Shown in pieces: positions 28,288 to 37,973 of a DNA stretch of 64,000 nucleotides. The stretch lies in the NCBI GenBank assembly GCA_050953525.1, contig JBMNMW010000004.1, positions 1,539 through 65,538 of the forward strand, written 5' to 3'. Under the pieces are notes generated by a model that worked only from the letters and a program-made list of their open reading frames with translations, made no database searches and was not told where the DNA came from. The DNA comes from Candidatus Brevefilum sp. Lineage in GTDB: Bacteria; Chloroflexota; Anaerolineae; Anaerolineales; Anaerolineaceae. Each line of letters starts with the position of its first letter. Position 1 is the first letter of the stretch. A program made the translations under genes and the position numbers.

Positions 28288-30468
28288 TTATTGGTAATAA
28301 AATATTCTCCAGTGGATAAAGACTTCCGAGTACCTTGAAAGATACATCCACAAACCCCCGCTAAAATAGATTATTATCGCCAGAATGATCGTGATCCGCC
28401 GCAAAACGAAATTGCGCAGTTTAAGAAAATAATAGACCATCAGGGTGATGAGTGCACCTATGACTGGTAAATGGTACCTTCCTGAGACCGCGTAGTGACG
28501 AAAACCATATTCCAAATCCTGTTTGTAGTTGAATACAAACATGAAGCCCATAAAACCGACCAGGATGTAAATTAACAGGTTTGCAACCGGGTCTTTGAGC
28601 TTCCAGTAGCGAACCAAACACACAAACCACCAGAACAGCAAGAGACTGTGGAGCGCAGTAGCCAAAACTGGCACAAAAGTTTTGTGTGAGAAGATCCCCC
28701 AGATTGATTGAATGTTAAATGCAATCCAAAAGTCAAAGGCATAATTGATGGGATTCTGAAGGCTGTCACGCTTGAACCATAACCCCGGCAAACTGACTTG
28801 ATTGTAAAATTCGCTTCTGTAGGAAAAGGATGGACAATTTCCAATCCCCTTTATTTGATTGCATGTGGGGGTTGGCCTTGAATAGCGGATGAGATTGACC
28901 CCGTATAGCCCTATAAAAAGCGACAATGCGATGACAAACACGATCGAGAGCAGGATATTGGTCCGATTAAAGTCGAGTTTGATCTTCCGGAAATTTGTTA
29001 AACTAAAAAATAGCCAGGCTAAAAATATGATCAGGGTCATCAACAGGAATTGTTCTTTCGCAAGAGAGCCCACGATGACCCAAAAGCCAGTCAGAGTGGA
29101 ATGACGGACGAAATCCTCTTTTTTATAGAGGGAGACCAGATGGTAGATTGTTGCTGCACCTGCCAGGTTCATCAAGTTGTCGTAGCTGATTCCACCGCTG
29201 ATGAACACAAAAGTTATGATATTGGAGAGGAGAAACGCAGCCAAAACTCCGGCATAGGGGTTGTTTGTCGCTTTTTTTGCCAGCTTGTACATATATATGA
29301 TGGTGAAAGACGAAATAAAGACGGAGGTAAAACGCCACAGGTGATCTGACCGCATTGGGCTGGATGGAAATGCAAATCTGAATATCTTGTGAACTGCACC
29401 GTAGATCCAATATGCCAGGTAGGGCTGGTCTGTGACGACATAAGACGTGCCCGATTGCTCTTCAGGTATGCCCCAGGTCTCGCTATATCTGTATGCATAA
29501 TGCCTGTGAGGAGCCTGATCGGGTTGCCCGGAGGTGTACACCATAAACAGGCTAAAGGTGATAAAGTACAGGATCGTTAAGGTTAATAAGATAATGTATA
29601 AGGGCGGCTTTGTAATTTGAATTTGTTTAAAAAACGGCAACTGAATTTTTTTGTGCAGATTCCTTTTAGGGGAGTAGGTGAAGAGGAGTTCGGTGAACCC
29701 GAATAAGAAAAGGGCGAGAAAGGCTGCAGAAAAAGCAACACTCAATACCTTAAGTCCCAAAAACCATGTTTGATCCCAGGGTGAGGTGATCCTGACGCCA
29801 GCATCAAAACCATCGGTAATATTGATTTCATTGCCAATTTGATCTTCTGCAGCCTGGTCAAATTGGATAACTGATGGAACGCCATTGACCGTTACGCCAA
29901 GCCTGCCATCGGGCACAGGCTCCCGGATAAAGATCGTCATGCCTGGAACATTCCAGTAACGCATCACCCGTCTGTAAAACGATAGGATTGTTCCGCTTTT
30001 ACATTCGCCCGAATTGATCACAATAGGATAGTGGTCTTGTTCAAACCCTTCAGGAGAAAATAAATGATTTGTCATCGAATGACTCAGCTGGGGGACGACA
30101 AGTGGGGTTTCTCCGTCATCAGCGTCGAAACAGATCTCAACTTGATGGGTTGTGGGAACAGACCAAAAGTAATTGGAGCTGACAGTGATGGCCACGACTA
30201 AAAAAGCACTTAAAAGAAGAACAAAAACAAGATTCCGGGTCTTTTTAAGCTTTTTCCAAAAGGGAAGGATAATTGATTTCAGCGCAAATAAGGCCAAAAT
30301 GAAAAGAACAACACATGAAATGGAAAAAGCAAGGAGCTTTGCTTCCCGATCTTGTTGATAGAAGGATGGGAAATTTAATAAAGCAACCGCAGACAGCCCC
30401 ATGGCAAACAATAAGGATGCTAAAGCCGATAGAAAATTATTTAAAAACTTGGATTTGTTGGTGCTCAT
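28288..30468 (-). CDS. GT-C (PMT_2/DUF2142-like) membrane glycosyltransferase, type A, fused to an N-terminal extracytoplasmic domain
   Basis: SGQPDQAPH after a TM helix, GGISYDNL, SLAKEQ, SGRYHLP. The N-terminal ~260 aa is homologous to ORF 33607..34452. Confidence 0.7.
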   Translation of the reverse strand: MSTNKSKFLNNFLSALASLLFAMGLSAVALLNFPSFYQQDREAKLLAFSISCVVLFILALFALKSIILPFWKKLKKTRNLVFVLLLSAFLVVAITVSSNYFWSVPTTHQVEICFDADDGETPLVVPQLSHSMTNHLFSPEGFEQDHYPIVINSGECKSGTILSFYRRVMRYWNVPGMTIFIREPVPDGRLGVTVNGVPSVIQFDQAAEDQIGNEINITDGFDAGVRITSPWDQTWFLGLKVLSVAFSAAFLALFLFGFTELLFTYSPKRNLHKKIQLPFFKQIQITKPPLYIILLTLTILYFITFSLFMVYTSGQPDQAPHRHYAYRYSETWGIPEEQSGTSYVVTDQPYLAYWIYGAVHKIFRFAFPSSPMRSDHLWRFTSVFISSFTIIYMYKLAKKATNNPYAGVLAAFLLSNIITFVFISGGISYDNLMNLAGAATIYHLVSLYKKEDFVRHSTLTGFWVIVGSLAKEQFLLMTLIIFLAWLFFSLTNFRKIKLDFNRTNILLSIVFVIALSLFIGLYGVNLIRYSRPTPTCNQIKGIGNCPSFSYRSEFYNQVSLPGLWFKRDSLQNPINYAFDFWIAFNIQSIWGIFSHKTFVPVLATALHSLLLFWWFVCLVRYWKLKDPVANLLIYILVGFMGFMFVFNYKQDLEYGFRHYAVSGRYHLPVIGALITLMVYYFLKLRNFVLRRITIILAIIIYFSGGLWMYLSRYSEVFIHWRIFYYQ

Positions 30469-30672
30469 GAATGAATCTCCATGAAAAAAGAAAAAAAGAA
30501 CAGTGCAAAAACCTGAATTTTATACAAGTTTCTTGCTTAATTGCTGAATGTGTTGGTGGTTATTGTAATGGGTATCAATTTGGTTGTAAAGCAAACAGGA
30601 GGGGTATTATTTTTCGGCAGGCGTCAATAATATTAAATATTGAAGGTGATGAAAGTCAGGAATTTGTGTATC

Positions 30673-32070
30673 TCAATAAAACCAGTCAATCAGAAATGAG
30701 TTGTATTCGCGCAAAATTGTGATCGGACCACCATATAAAAATAACCCGATAGTGAATGCCAGGGTTGCCCAGCGTAGACTTCGAAAGGGGACATGCTCGA
30801 GGACTTTCGTAAACAAAATGTAGATCGCTCCAATCACCGGAAAAATATAACGCCCTTGCAGCATAATTTGTTTGAACCCATAGATTAACTCAGTGTTGTA
30901 GTTTTGAATAAACAGAACAACAGAATAAAAAATGGTGATCCACACTAGGGTCAGCGTGATATGCGAAAGCCTTTGATAATACATCAGGTTGAAAATGCTC
31001 AACAGAGCCATCCAGTAAAACAATAATCGTAAAAAGAGAATGATATCGCGAGGAAAATAGGCTTCATGGCTGATCATGCCAAAGGTCCGCATGAGCATAT
31101 GTTCTACCCAATCGACTGATAAATATCGCAGGAGAGATGGATAACCTTCGGCGACACTTTCTTTGATGGTCAATTTTTTCTCTAAACCCACTTCACGCAG
31201 ACGTCGTTCAAAACCACTCAATTCACACTGAGATTCTAACAATATTTCTTCACAGGGAGGTAAGATCGATTTGAATCGAAGGATGTTAATCCCGTAAATT
31301 GCGAAGTTGCCGATGATCAGCACAGCTAAAAACAGGATCAGAAGGGCTGTTTTTAGCCCTTTCAATGGGGCAGGGAATATGATTTTTCTATTTCTGACCA
31401 TGTAAGCAATCCAGGCAATACCCATCGCCAGAGCTAAGGGCAGCAATGTGTACTTTGTCAATGTGCCGATCGCGACAAATATCATCCATTTCAAACTGTC
31501 TTTAACAAATTGATCACCTTTGAGCGATTTTACTAAATAAAACAGGCTGATCATGCTGAGCATATTTGCCAGATTATCATAATTAACGCCCCCGGCAAGA
31601 AAAACAAACATCAAGGTGTGGGTTAGAAGGAAGACAGGCAAGAGCTGCCACCATTTATGCTGGATGACCTGTTTTGAGAGCAAAAAACAAAAGACGACCG
31701 TTGTGAATGCATACAGGACATTAACAACCCGCAATGTGATTAAAAGCTGGAGATCGGTTATGTTCGGTTTGATCCACTCCAGCAGGTTGATGATTCGAGC
31801 ATTGATCCAGTAGTAAAGAAATGGATTTTGTTTGATATACCAGCCCCAGACGTAAGTTTCTGCGGTGTCTGGTGGGATGCCTGCTGTCGTCGAGAAATGT
31901 TTTGAAAAAATAAAATGCGCCGATTCATCCGGAATGATCCCCGTCAGGGTCGACCGTAATCTCAAAGCAATGAAAAGGGATGAGACGATAAAAATGAGTA
32001 AAACTGCCGCGAGGACGATCTTTGTGTCATACGCCCGCCACAGATTTTGAAATGGACTTGTGTTTTTCAT
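30673..32070 (-). CDS. GT-C (PMT_2/DUF2142-like) membrane glycosyltransferase, type B
   Basis: GIIPDESAH, GGVNYDNLAN, TLTKYT, QGRYIFP; many hydrophobic segments. Confidence 0.72.
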   Translation of the reverse strand: MKNTSPFQNLWRAYDTKIVLAAVLLIFIVSSLFIALRLRSTLTGIIPDESAHFIFSKHFSTTAGIPPDTAETYVWGWYIKQNPFLYYWINARIINLLEWIKPNITDLQLLITLRVVNVLYAFTTVVFCFLLSKQVIQHKWWQLLPVFLLTHTLMFVFLAGGVNYDNLANMLSMISLFYLVKSLKGDQFVKDSLKWMIFVAIGTLTKYTLLPLALAMGIAWIAYMVRNRKIIFPAPLKGLKTALLILFLAVLIIGNFAIYGINILRFKSILPPCEEILLESQCELSGFERRLREVGLEKKLTIKESVAEGYPSLLRYLSVDWVEHMLMRTFGMISHEAYFPRDIILFLRLLFYWMALLSIFNLMYYQRLSHITLTLVWITIFYSVVLFIQNYNTELIYGFKQIMLQGRYIFPVIGAIYILFTKVLEHVPFRSLRWATLAFTIGLFLYGGPITILREYNSFLIDWFY

Positions 32071-32270
32071 AGACTTATTTCCTAATGATTTCGATTCTCA
32101 GAGAGGTGACAAAACCATTCTGATCAATGAGATCGTAAAAAACCCGACCTTCTGACAATTCGTTTTGATCCCTCTTCAATCAACTCTTTTATCTTCTTTG
32201 TGCTCAGAAAAATAATCAGATCCCCACTTTCGTGCTATGAAAATGATTCGGTGTTGTCCGGTTTTGAGGG

Positions 32271-33617
32271 TTAATTAAAGTATAAACGCCAGTGTGAAAA
32301 AACATTAGCATACCTTGAGATAAACATTCCCAGCCCACCCATGAAATAGATTAAGATGGCAATTGCGACCGTGAACCGCTTTGCCAGGGCTGACCGAATC
32401 TTCATAAAAGCATAAGACATGAAAACAGCAAGAATGCTGAGAATGGGGGATAGATATCGACCTGTGACAACGTAATGTTGAAAATTAAATTCAACTTCGT
32501 TCTTGTAATTCCAAAAGAAAACGAACCCCACATAACTGATCAAAATCATTAACAGGAGTGTTGCTATCCTGTCGCGAGGTTTCCAATGAAGGAAGAAATT
32601 AAAAATTGCCCAAATCAATAAGGTGAGGTGCAAGCTAATGGAAAGTGTTGGGACAAACGTCTGATGTGACAAAATTCCCCAGACCGACTCAGCCATTTTG
32701 TAGATCCAAAATTTCATTGCATATTTTATGGGGTCAGTGAGATGGTCGCGCACAAACCACATCCATTGGAGGTTGAAAGGTTGGTAGTGTTCGTATCGGT
32801 AATCATACGTTCTGCATGATGCGATCGCTTTAATCTGCGAGCAAGAAGCTGTTATTCGACCATAACGTACCAGGTTGACGCCATAGAGCCCAAGAAAGAG
32901 TCCTAAAAAGACAACAAAAAGAACACTCAAAACGACATTTGCCTTGCAGAATTTAAATGAAAGTGATTTGAAGTTGCGGAGGGTAAAGAATAACCAAGCA
33001 AGAAATATGATGAGTGTTAACAGTAGAAATTGATCTTTTGCAAGCGAACCAATGATCACCCAGAAGCCAACAAGTGCAGTATGACGAACATAATCATCTT
33101 TTTTATAGACCATGACAAGGTGATAAATACTGGCAATGGCTGCCAGGTTCATTAAATTGTCATAACTGATGCCTCCGCTTACAAAGACAAACATCAGGGT
33201 GTTTGAGAGGAAAAACGCAGCAAGGATTCCATAATAAGGATTGCCAGTAACCTTTTTTCCCAGTTGATAGGTGAAAAATACGGTTAATGTTGCATAGAAA
33301 AGAGATATCAGCCGCCATAATAAACCCGGTACGATATTGACGGACGGCAGAAGAAAACGGAGGATCTTATAAACTGCGCCATTGATCCAGTAATACAGGT
33401 AGGGTTGTCCCTTGATCAAATACTGGATATTGGGGTCGTCTTCAGGAATACGCCAGGTTTCGGAAAATTTGCGAGAAAAATAAGCGTGCGGTCCCTGATC
33501 GGGCTGACCGGATGTGTGAACCATCAGCAGTCCAAAAGCAATAAAATAGAGCAGCGTGAACGCTAATAGGACTTTGTAGCCCGTTAATTGAGACAGGTGC
33601 GACTCTTTAATTTTCAT
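32271..33617 (-). CDS. GT-C membrane glycosyltransferase, type A (stand-alone)
   Basis: SGQPDQGPH, GGISYDNLMN, SLAKDQ, TGRYLSP. Probable ATG at 33617 overlaps the upstream stop (ATGAAAATTAA). Confidence 0.7.
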   Translation of the reverse strand: MKIKESHLSQLTGYKVLLAFTLLYFIAFGLLMVHTSGQPDQGPHAYFSRKFSETWRIPEDDPNIQYLIKGQPYLYYWINGAVYKILRFLLPSVNIVPGLLWRLISLFYATLTVFFTYQLGKKVTGNPYYGILAAFFLSNTLMFVFVSGGISYDNLMNLAAIASIYHLVMVYKKDDYVRHTALVGFWVIIGSLAKDQFLLLTLIIFLAWLFFTLRNFKSLSFKFCKANVVLSVLFVVFLGLFLGLYGVNLVRYGRITASCSQIKAIASCRTYDYRYEHYQPFNLQWMWFVRDHLTDPIKYAMKFWIYKMAESVWGILSHQTFVPTLSISLHLTLLIWAIFNFFLHWKPRDRIATLLLMILISYVGFVFFWNYKNEVEFNFQHYVVTGRYLSPILSILAVFMSYAFMKIRSALAKRFTVAIAILIYFMGGLGMFISRYANVFSHWRLYFN

Positions 33618-34452
33618 TTCCGGCTCTTTCATGCGAATGGGGGTTGTTTTCAACAGGAAATGTAAAGAAGGTTTCAGTTAACCCAAAAAGGAACAGGGAA
33701 ATAAAGAGCGCGCTGATCAGAACAATCAGAAGTTTTAAACCCTGAAACCAGCGCTGACCCCAGGGCATGCCCACCCTTTTGCCCTGATCAAAGCCGTCCT
33801 TCACTACAATTGGGTCCGGCGTTTGCTCATCTGATTCGCGATCAAAAACAACCACTGCAGGAGCTTCATTAATTGAAATAAAGAACCTGCCATCGGGCGG
33901 GTTGTTTTGAACCGTGACATCCACCTGATTGCCGATCAGCGCAAGGGTGAGGCGCGAGAGAAGGTTGGTCAATTCGCCCTCAATACATTCACCCGACCCA
34001 ATGCTTATTGGATAGCGATCGAAACCAAAACTGTTCGGTGAATACAACCTGTTCGTGTTTGGGTCAACCAGTTTTTCTATTGCCAGGCTGCCACGCTCAT
34101 TGGAAGCATCAAAACAAAGTTTGACCTGGTGTAGCTGCGGCACCCCCCAGTAATTGGCTGAAGATAGGGTCAGCACACCGGTCAGGAGGAGAAATAGCAT
34201 GATCATAAATATCAGGCTGGATTTTCTTGTTACTTGTTTGATATGGGGCAGGATAAAAAAGATGGATGCCAACATAATCAGGGCACAATAGAAGACCCCA
34301 AGAATAATGATGCTGATGATTTTCTTTCCGGCTGTTTGTTCGTAAAAACCAACCAATCTGAAAAGTGTGAGCGCGCTCAGACTGGCGGCTATCATTCCTG
34401 CAACCAGGGTGATAAGTATGATATTTCGCGTTTTATCCTTAATTTTCACCAA
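33607..34452 (-). CDS. Membrane protein of unknown function (3 N-terminal TM, extracytoplasmic domain, C-terminal TM); partner of type-A GT-C
   Basis: Homologous to the N-terminus of 28288..30468 (HQV.(I/L)CFDA, SGEC, PDGR, I...DGFD.G, PW.Q.WF.GLK). TTG start with GGAG RBS. Confidence 0.8.
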   Translation of the reverse strand: MVKIKDKTRNIILITLVAGMIAASLSALTLFRLVGFYEQTAGKKIISIIILGVFYCALIMLASIFFILPHIKQVTRKSSLIFMIMLFLLLTGVLTLSSANYWGVPQLHQVKLCFDASNERGSLAIEKLVDPNTNRLYSPNSFGFDRYPISIGSGECIEGELTNLLSRLTLALIGNQVDVTVQNNPPDGRFFISINEAPAVVVFDRESDEQTPDPIVVKDGFDQGKRVGMPWGQRWFQGLKLLIVLISALFISLFLFGLTETFFTFPVENNPHSHERAGNEN

Positions 34453-34455
34453 AAC

Positions 34456-36366
34456 TTATTCTCCGTGCGGTTTGATATCTGGCGTAAGATTTACAAGCAT
34501 TTTGCCGACCTCGGTGAAAAACAGGTTTGGATTGAAAACGGGATCTCTGTCAACCCAATCACACCAGCGCTCAATGAAAATTTGTTTGTCGGATTGAAAA
34601 GCAGGATTTGATTTTTCCAGGTGATCAATTCGATTGGTCTTGCCCGGGATATAAAGCTCGATCGATGGGATAAGGATGTTTCGATACTCCCCATTTCGAA
34701 GTTTTAAACAAAAATCTGCGCCACAAAATATCGGGAGTTGAAAAGCCTCCTCAAATCCTCCAAAGTCATCAAAATACGACTTTCTGAACAACAAACATTT
34801 CTCTGAAATTGCAGAATAGCCCCGCACAAGTTTTGACCAACCGAAATAACCGTTCAAATCCTGCTCTTCACCCTGAGAGAGGTGCTGAAAAATCTTATCA
34901 GGGACGAGGATGATCCCATTGCTGTAAACCCTGCGGCTCTGATTGATCAAACGCGGTGCCACAGCGCCAATTCCTTTCTGGGTGGCCTGTGACATAAGCG
35001 CTTTTAACCAATCAGGTTGATACCCGGTCAGCGTTCCATCGAGAAGGCAAACAAAATCCGAGGTGGTTGCATGGATCGTTTGATTGACTCTGGATGCATA
35101 AGTGCTGTCGTCAGCAAAGGTTACAATCCTCGCTCTGGGACTTAATTCCGCTAATTCCTCTGAAAATTCATGAGCACTGTTTTCAGGGCAACCAAGAACG
35201 ACATCAAAATCCGGGTATTCTGTCGTTTCAATGATACTTTTGATATTTTTAAGGATAGGGTTAGAAAGGGTTTCGACAGGTATCACGATGGAAACACTGG
35301 GCGGAGGGTCAGCGAGGGTGTAGGATACACCATAGGCGGCTACTTCTGGCAGAAAGGTGACCTCTGCCTGGATGTTTTGGCGTGCAAGGTGATCCGTCAA
35401 AGCTCGTTGTGCAGATGTGACCGCGTAGGGCTTAACATTGAGGTCGCTCGCCGCGCTTGATTTGATGATGCGCCAGTGATACAGCGGTCTGGGAATGTGT
35501 TGAATTTGATCAGGGGTTGATTGGTCCAAAACTCTCAGCGCCAGATCGTAATCCTGTGAACCCTCAAGCCCAACCCTGAAGCCGCCAATCTTGCGCAGGA
35601 TCTCCGTGCGATAGACCCCTAGGTGAGAGATCATATTCTGGCTGAGAAAAAGCTCATAATTGAAGTCGGGTTTGAAATAGGGATCAAGCCGACGACCTTT
35701 GGCTGTGAGTTTGTCCTCATCGGAATAGATGAGGTTGCATTTTGGATGCTCCAAAATGCATTGAGCAACGTAAAAAAGCGCCAGGGGGTGCAGCAGATCA
35801 TCATGATCAAGGAGGGCGACAAAGTCGCTGCTTACCAATTCAAGGGCAGAATTACTGGCAGCTGAAATGTGACCGTTTTCTTCTCTCAGCACGATCTTTA
35901 TGCGCTGATCTTGCTGTGCAAATTCCCTGAGCAGGTCCAAAACACGGGGGTCCGTAGATGCATCATCTGCGATGCAAAGTTCCCAAAAAGGATAGATCTG
36001 GCTGATAACCGATTGAATGGCTTGATCAAGAAGTTCGAGCGGCGGATTGTAAACGGGCATAAGCACAGAAATTACAGGGTGGTGGTCCATGCTTTGGATT
36101 TGATGTTTCATCTTCTTGATGGTCTCTTCGGTCAGGGTATCATTTCGGCGGACCCATTCCTGATAGTAGATATTGAGTAGATGAAGTCGCTTCAGGAAAA
36201 TCCGCAGAAAACCGTAGGTGACATCATAAGCCTTGCTGCCTTTTGGAATAATGGCGAAATATAGTTTCCGTAAATTGGTATAAATGTTGATAGGATGAAA
36301 GAACTTGTTCATATCTATTTTGATTTTCATCGGTGTTTCACCATCAAAAGGTTCTGATGATGGCAC
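34456..36366 (-). CDS. Two-domain GT2 glycosyltransferase; C-terminal domain degenerate
   Basis: ISVLMPVYNP, CIADDAST, NGHISAASN, ALLDHDD, YSDEDK, FKPDFN, GSQDYDL, LYHWR. Confidence 0.9.
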   Translation of the reverse strand: MPSSEPFDGETPMKIKIDMNKFFHPINIYTNLRKLYFAIIPKGSKAYDVTYGFLRIFLKRLHLLNIYYQEWVRRNDTLTEETIKKMKHQIQSMDHHPVISVLMPVYNPPLELLDQAIQSVISQIYPFWELCIADDASTDPRVLDLLREFAQQDQRIKIVLREENGHISAASNSALELVSSDFVALLDHDDLLHPLALFYVAQCILEHPKCNLIYSDEDKLTAKGRRLDPYFKPDFNYELFLSQNMISHLGVYRTEILRKIGGFRVGLEGSQDYDLALRVLDQSTPDQIQHIPRPLYHWRIIKSSAASDLNVKPYAVTSAQRALTDHLARQNIQAEVTFLPEVAAYGVSYTLADPPPSVSIVIPVETLSNPILKNIKSIIETTEYPDFDVVLGCPENSAHEFSEELAELSPRARIVTFADDSTYASRVNQTIHATTSDFVCLLDGTLTGYQPDWLKALMSQATQKGIGAVAPRLINQSRRVYSNGIILVPDKIFQHLSQGEEQDLNGYFGWSKLVRGYSAISEKCLLFRKSYFDDFGGFEEAFQLPIFCGADFCLKLRNGEYRNILIPSIELYIPGKTNRIDHLEKSNPAFQSDKQIFIERWCDWVDRDPVFNPNLFFTEVGKMLVNLTPDIKPHGE

Positions 36367-36396
36367 AACGTTTGATGATTTACGTATTGGTGTGGA

Positions 36397-37797
36397 TTAA
36401 TAAAACCACGTTTGAAAAATCTCCTGATATTTCATAATGAGGATGATCGGCCCTCCGTAAAAAAGCAAACCGATCAAGGCGACCAGCGTCAGGTATTTGA
36501 CAGGTTTGAAGGGGGTGTTTTTAATGACCAGTGTCAACAATACGAAATTTGCTCCGATCACAGGGAAAAAATACCTTCCCTGGAGAGCAACCTGCTTAAA
36601 ACCATAAACAAGTTCAGATTCGTAGTTTTCAAGAAAAAGGACAAGACTGTAAAAAGCAGCAATCGCGAGCAGGTAAATAACAGGCGCGGACACAGATCGT
36701 TGGAAAAGGAGGTTCAGAACACCTAAAAAGAACAACCCGTAGAACAGGATCTGATAAAAACTGATCAACTGGAAAGGAAAATAAGCCTGATGTCCGCTGA
36801 TCCCAAAGGTTCGAAGTAGCGTGTGATAGCCCCAATCGACGAGAATGTAACGCAAAGGCGTGGGATAACCCTGGGCGATGCTCTCTCGGACGGTAAGTTT
36901 TTCGTCGAGCGCCAGCTTCCAGTGTCTCTCTTCGAATTTACTGATCTCACATTGTGATGCAAGTAATATTTGTCTGCATTTTGGTTTGATAGATTGGTAA
37001 CGGATCAGGTTGACGCCATAAAGTGCAAAATTTCCAACCAACAACAGGGATAGAACGATGATGAGGACGACCGCTTTCGCATTATTGAGGTGGATTGGAA
37101 AAAGATCTTTTCGATGAAGCGCAAGGTAGACGATCCAGCAAATCGCCATGATCAGGGCTAAGGGAAGCAGGGTGTATTTCACAAGGGTACCAAGCGCGAT
37201 GAGGATCATCCAGCCAAGGCTATTGAATAAAAAATTCTTCCCCTGGACCACGTTGATGAAGCAGTAAATCCCAGCCATGCTCAACAGATTAGCGAGGCTG
37301 TCATAATGAACGCCTGGCGCCATAAAGACGAACATGAGCGTGTTGGTCAATATAAAAACGGGTAAGAGCTGCCACCATTGGTGTTGAATGACCGCCTTGG
37401 ATAACAAAAAACAAAAATAAACCGTTCCAATGGCGTACAGGAGGCTGACAAAGCGTAATAAAACCAATAGATTGTGATCTGTTAAATTTGGGGCAATCAG
37501 GTTGAATAAATTGATAATTCTGCCTGTAACCCAGTAATAGAGGAAGGGATGTTGTTCAATATACCATCCCCAGGCAATGGTTTCGTCTGTGTCGGGGGGG
37601 ATCCCTGGAGTTGTGGAAAAATGTTTGGCAAACACAAAATGGGCGGGTTCGTCCGGGATGATGCCCGGCTTCAGGTTGATTGCGAGAAAGGCGCTGTAAC
37701 CAACAAAGACAAGGATTAGCACCAGCAACACCAGGTTTGCACCATTTGTTTGCCAAAATGATTTCGTTTTTTGATTATTTGCGAGGTTTGATATCAT
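36397..37797 (-). CDS. GT-C membrane glycosyltransferase, type B
   Basis: GIIPDEPAH, GVHYDSLAN, TLVKYT, QGRYFFP; clear paralog of 30673..32070. Confidence 0.72.
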   Translation of the reverse strand: MISNLANNQKTKSFWQTNGANLVLLVLILVFVGYSAFLAINLKPGIIPDEPAHFVFAKHFSTTPGIPPDTDETIAWGWYIEQHPFLYYWVTGRIINLFNLIAPNLTDHNLLVLLRFVSLLYAIGTVYFCFLLSKAVIQHQWWQLLPVFILTNTLMFVFMAPGVHYDSLANLLSMAGIYCFINVVQGKNFLFNSLGWMILIALGTLVKYTLLPLALIMAICWIVYLALHRKDLFPIHLNNAKAVVLIIVLSLLLVGNFALYGVNLIRYQSIKPKCRQILLASQCEISKFEERHWKLALDEKLTVRESIAQGYPTPLRYILVDWGYHTLLRTFGISGHQAYFPFQLISFYQILFYGLFFLGVLNLLFQRSVSAPVIYLLAIAAFYSLVLFLENYESELVYGFKQVALQGRYFFPVIGANFVLLTLVIKNTPFKPVKYLTLVALIGLLFYGGPIILIMKYQEIFQTWFY

Positions 37798-37973
37798 TCG
37801 TCGAATAAATTCTAATTCAGTGTCTATTATTAAAATTGATTATAGCTCAATACCGGATTGACCGTTTGTGGTTCGCCTTGTTGTGGCACATCAAGGGTGC
37901 TGCCCCGGCTTGGTGATTTTTCGTTTGCTCACCGCAGATTTCTGATACGGGTAGGCGATTAAAGCCCAATTGT

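Noticed and set aside
32071-32270. Short protein-like minus-strand fragments between two GT-C genes (...VFYDLIDQNGFVTSLRIEIIRK)
   Set aside because: 34 codons or fewer, interrupted by stops, and no match by eye to neighbouring genes.
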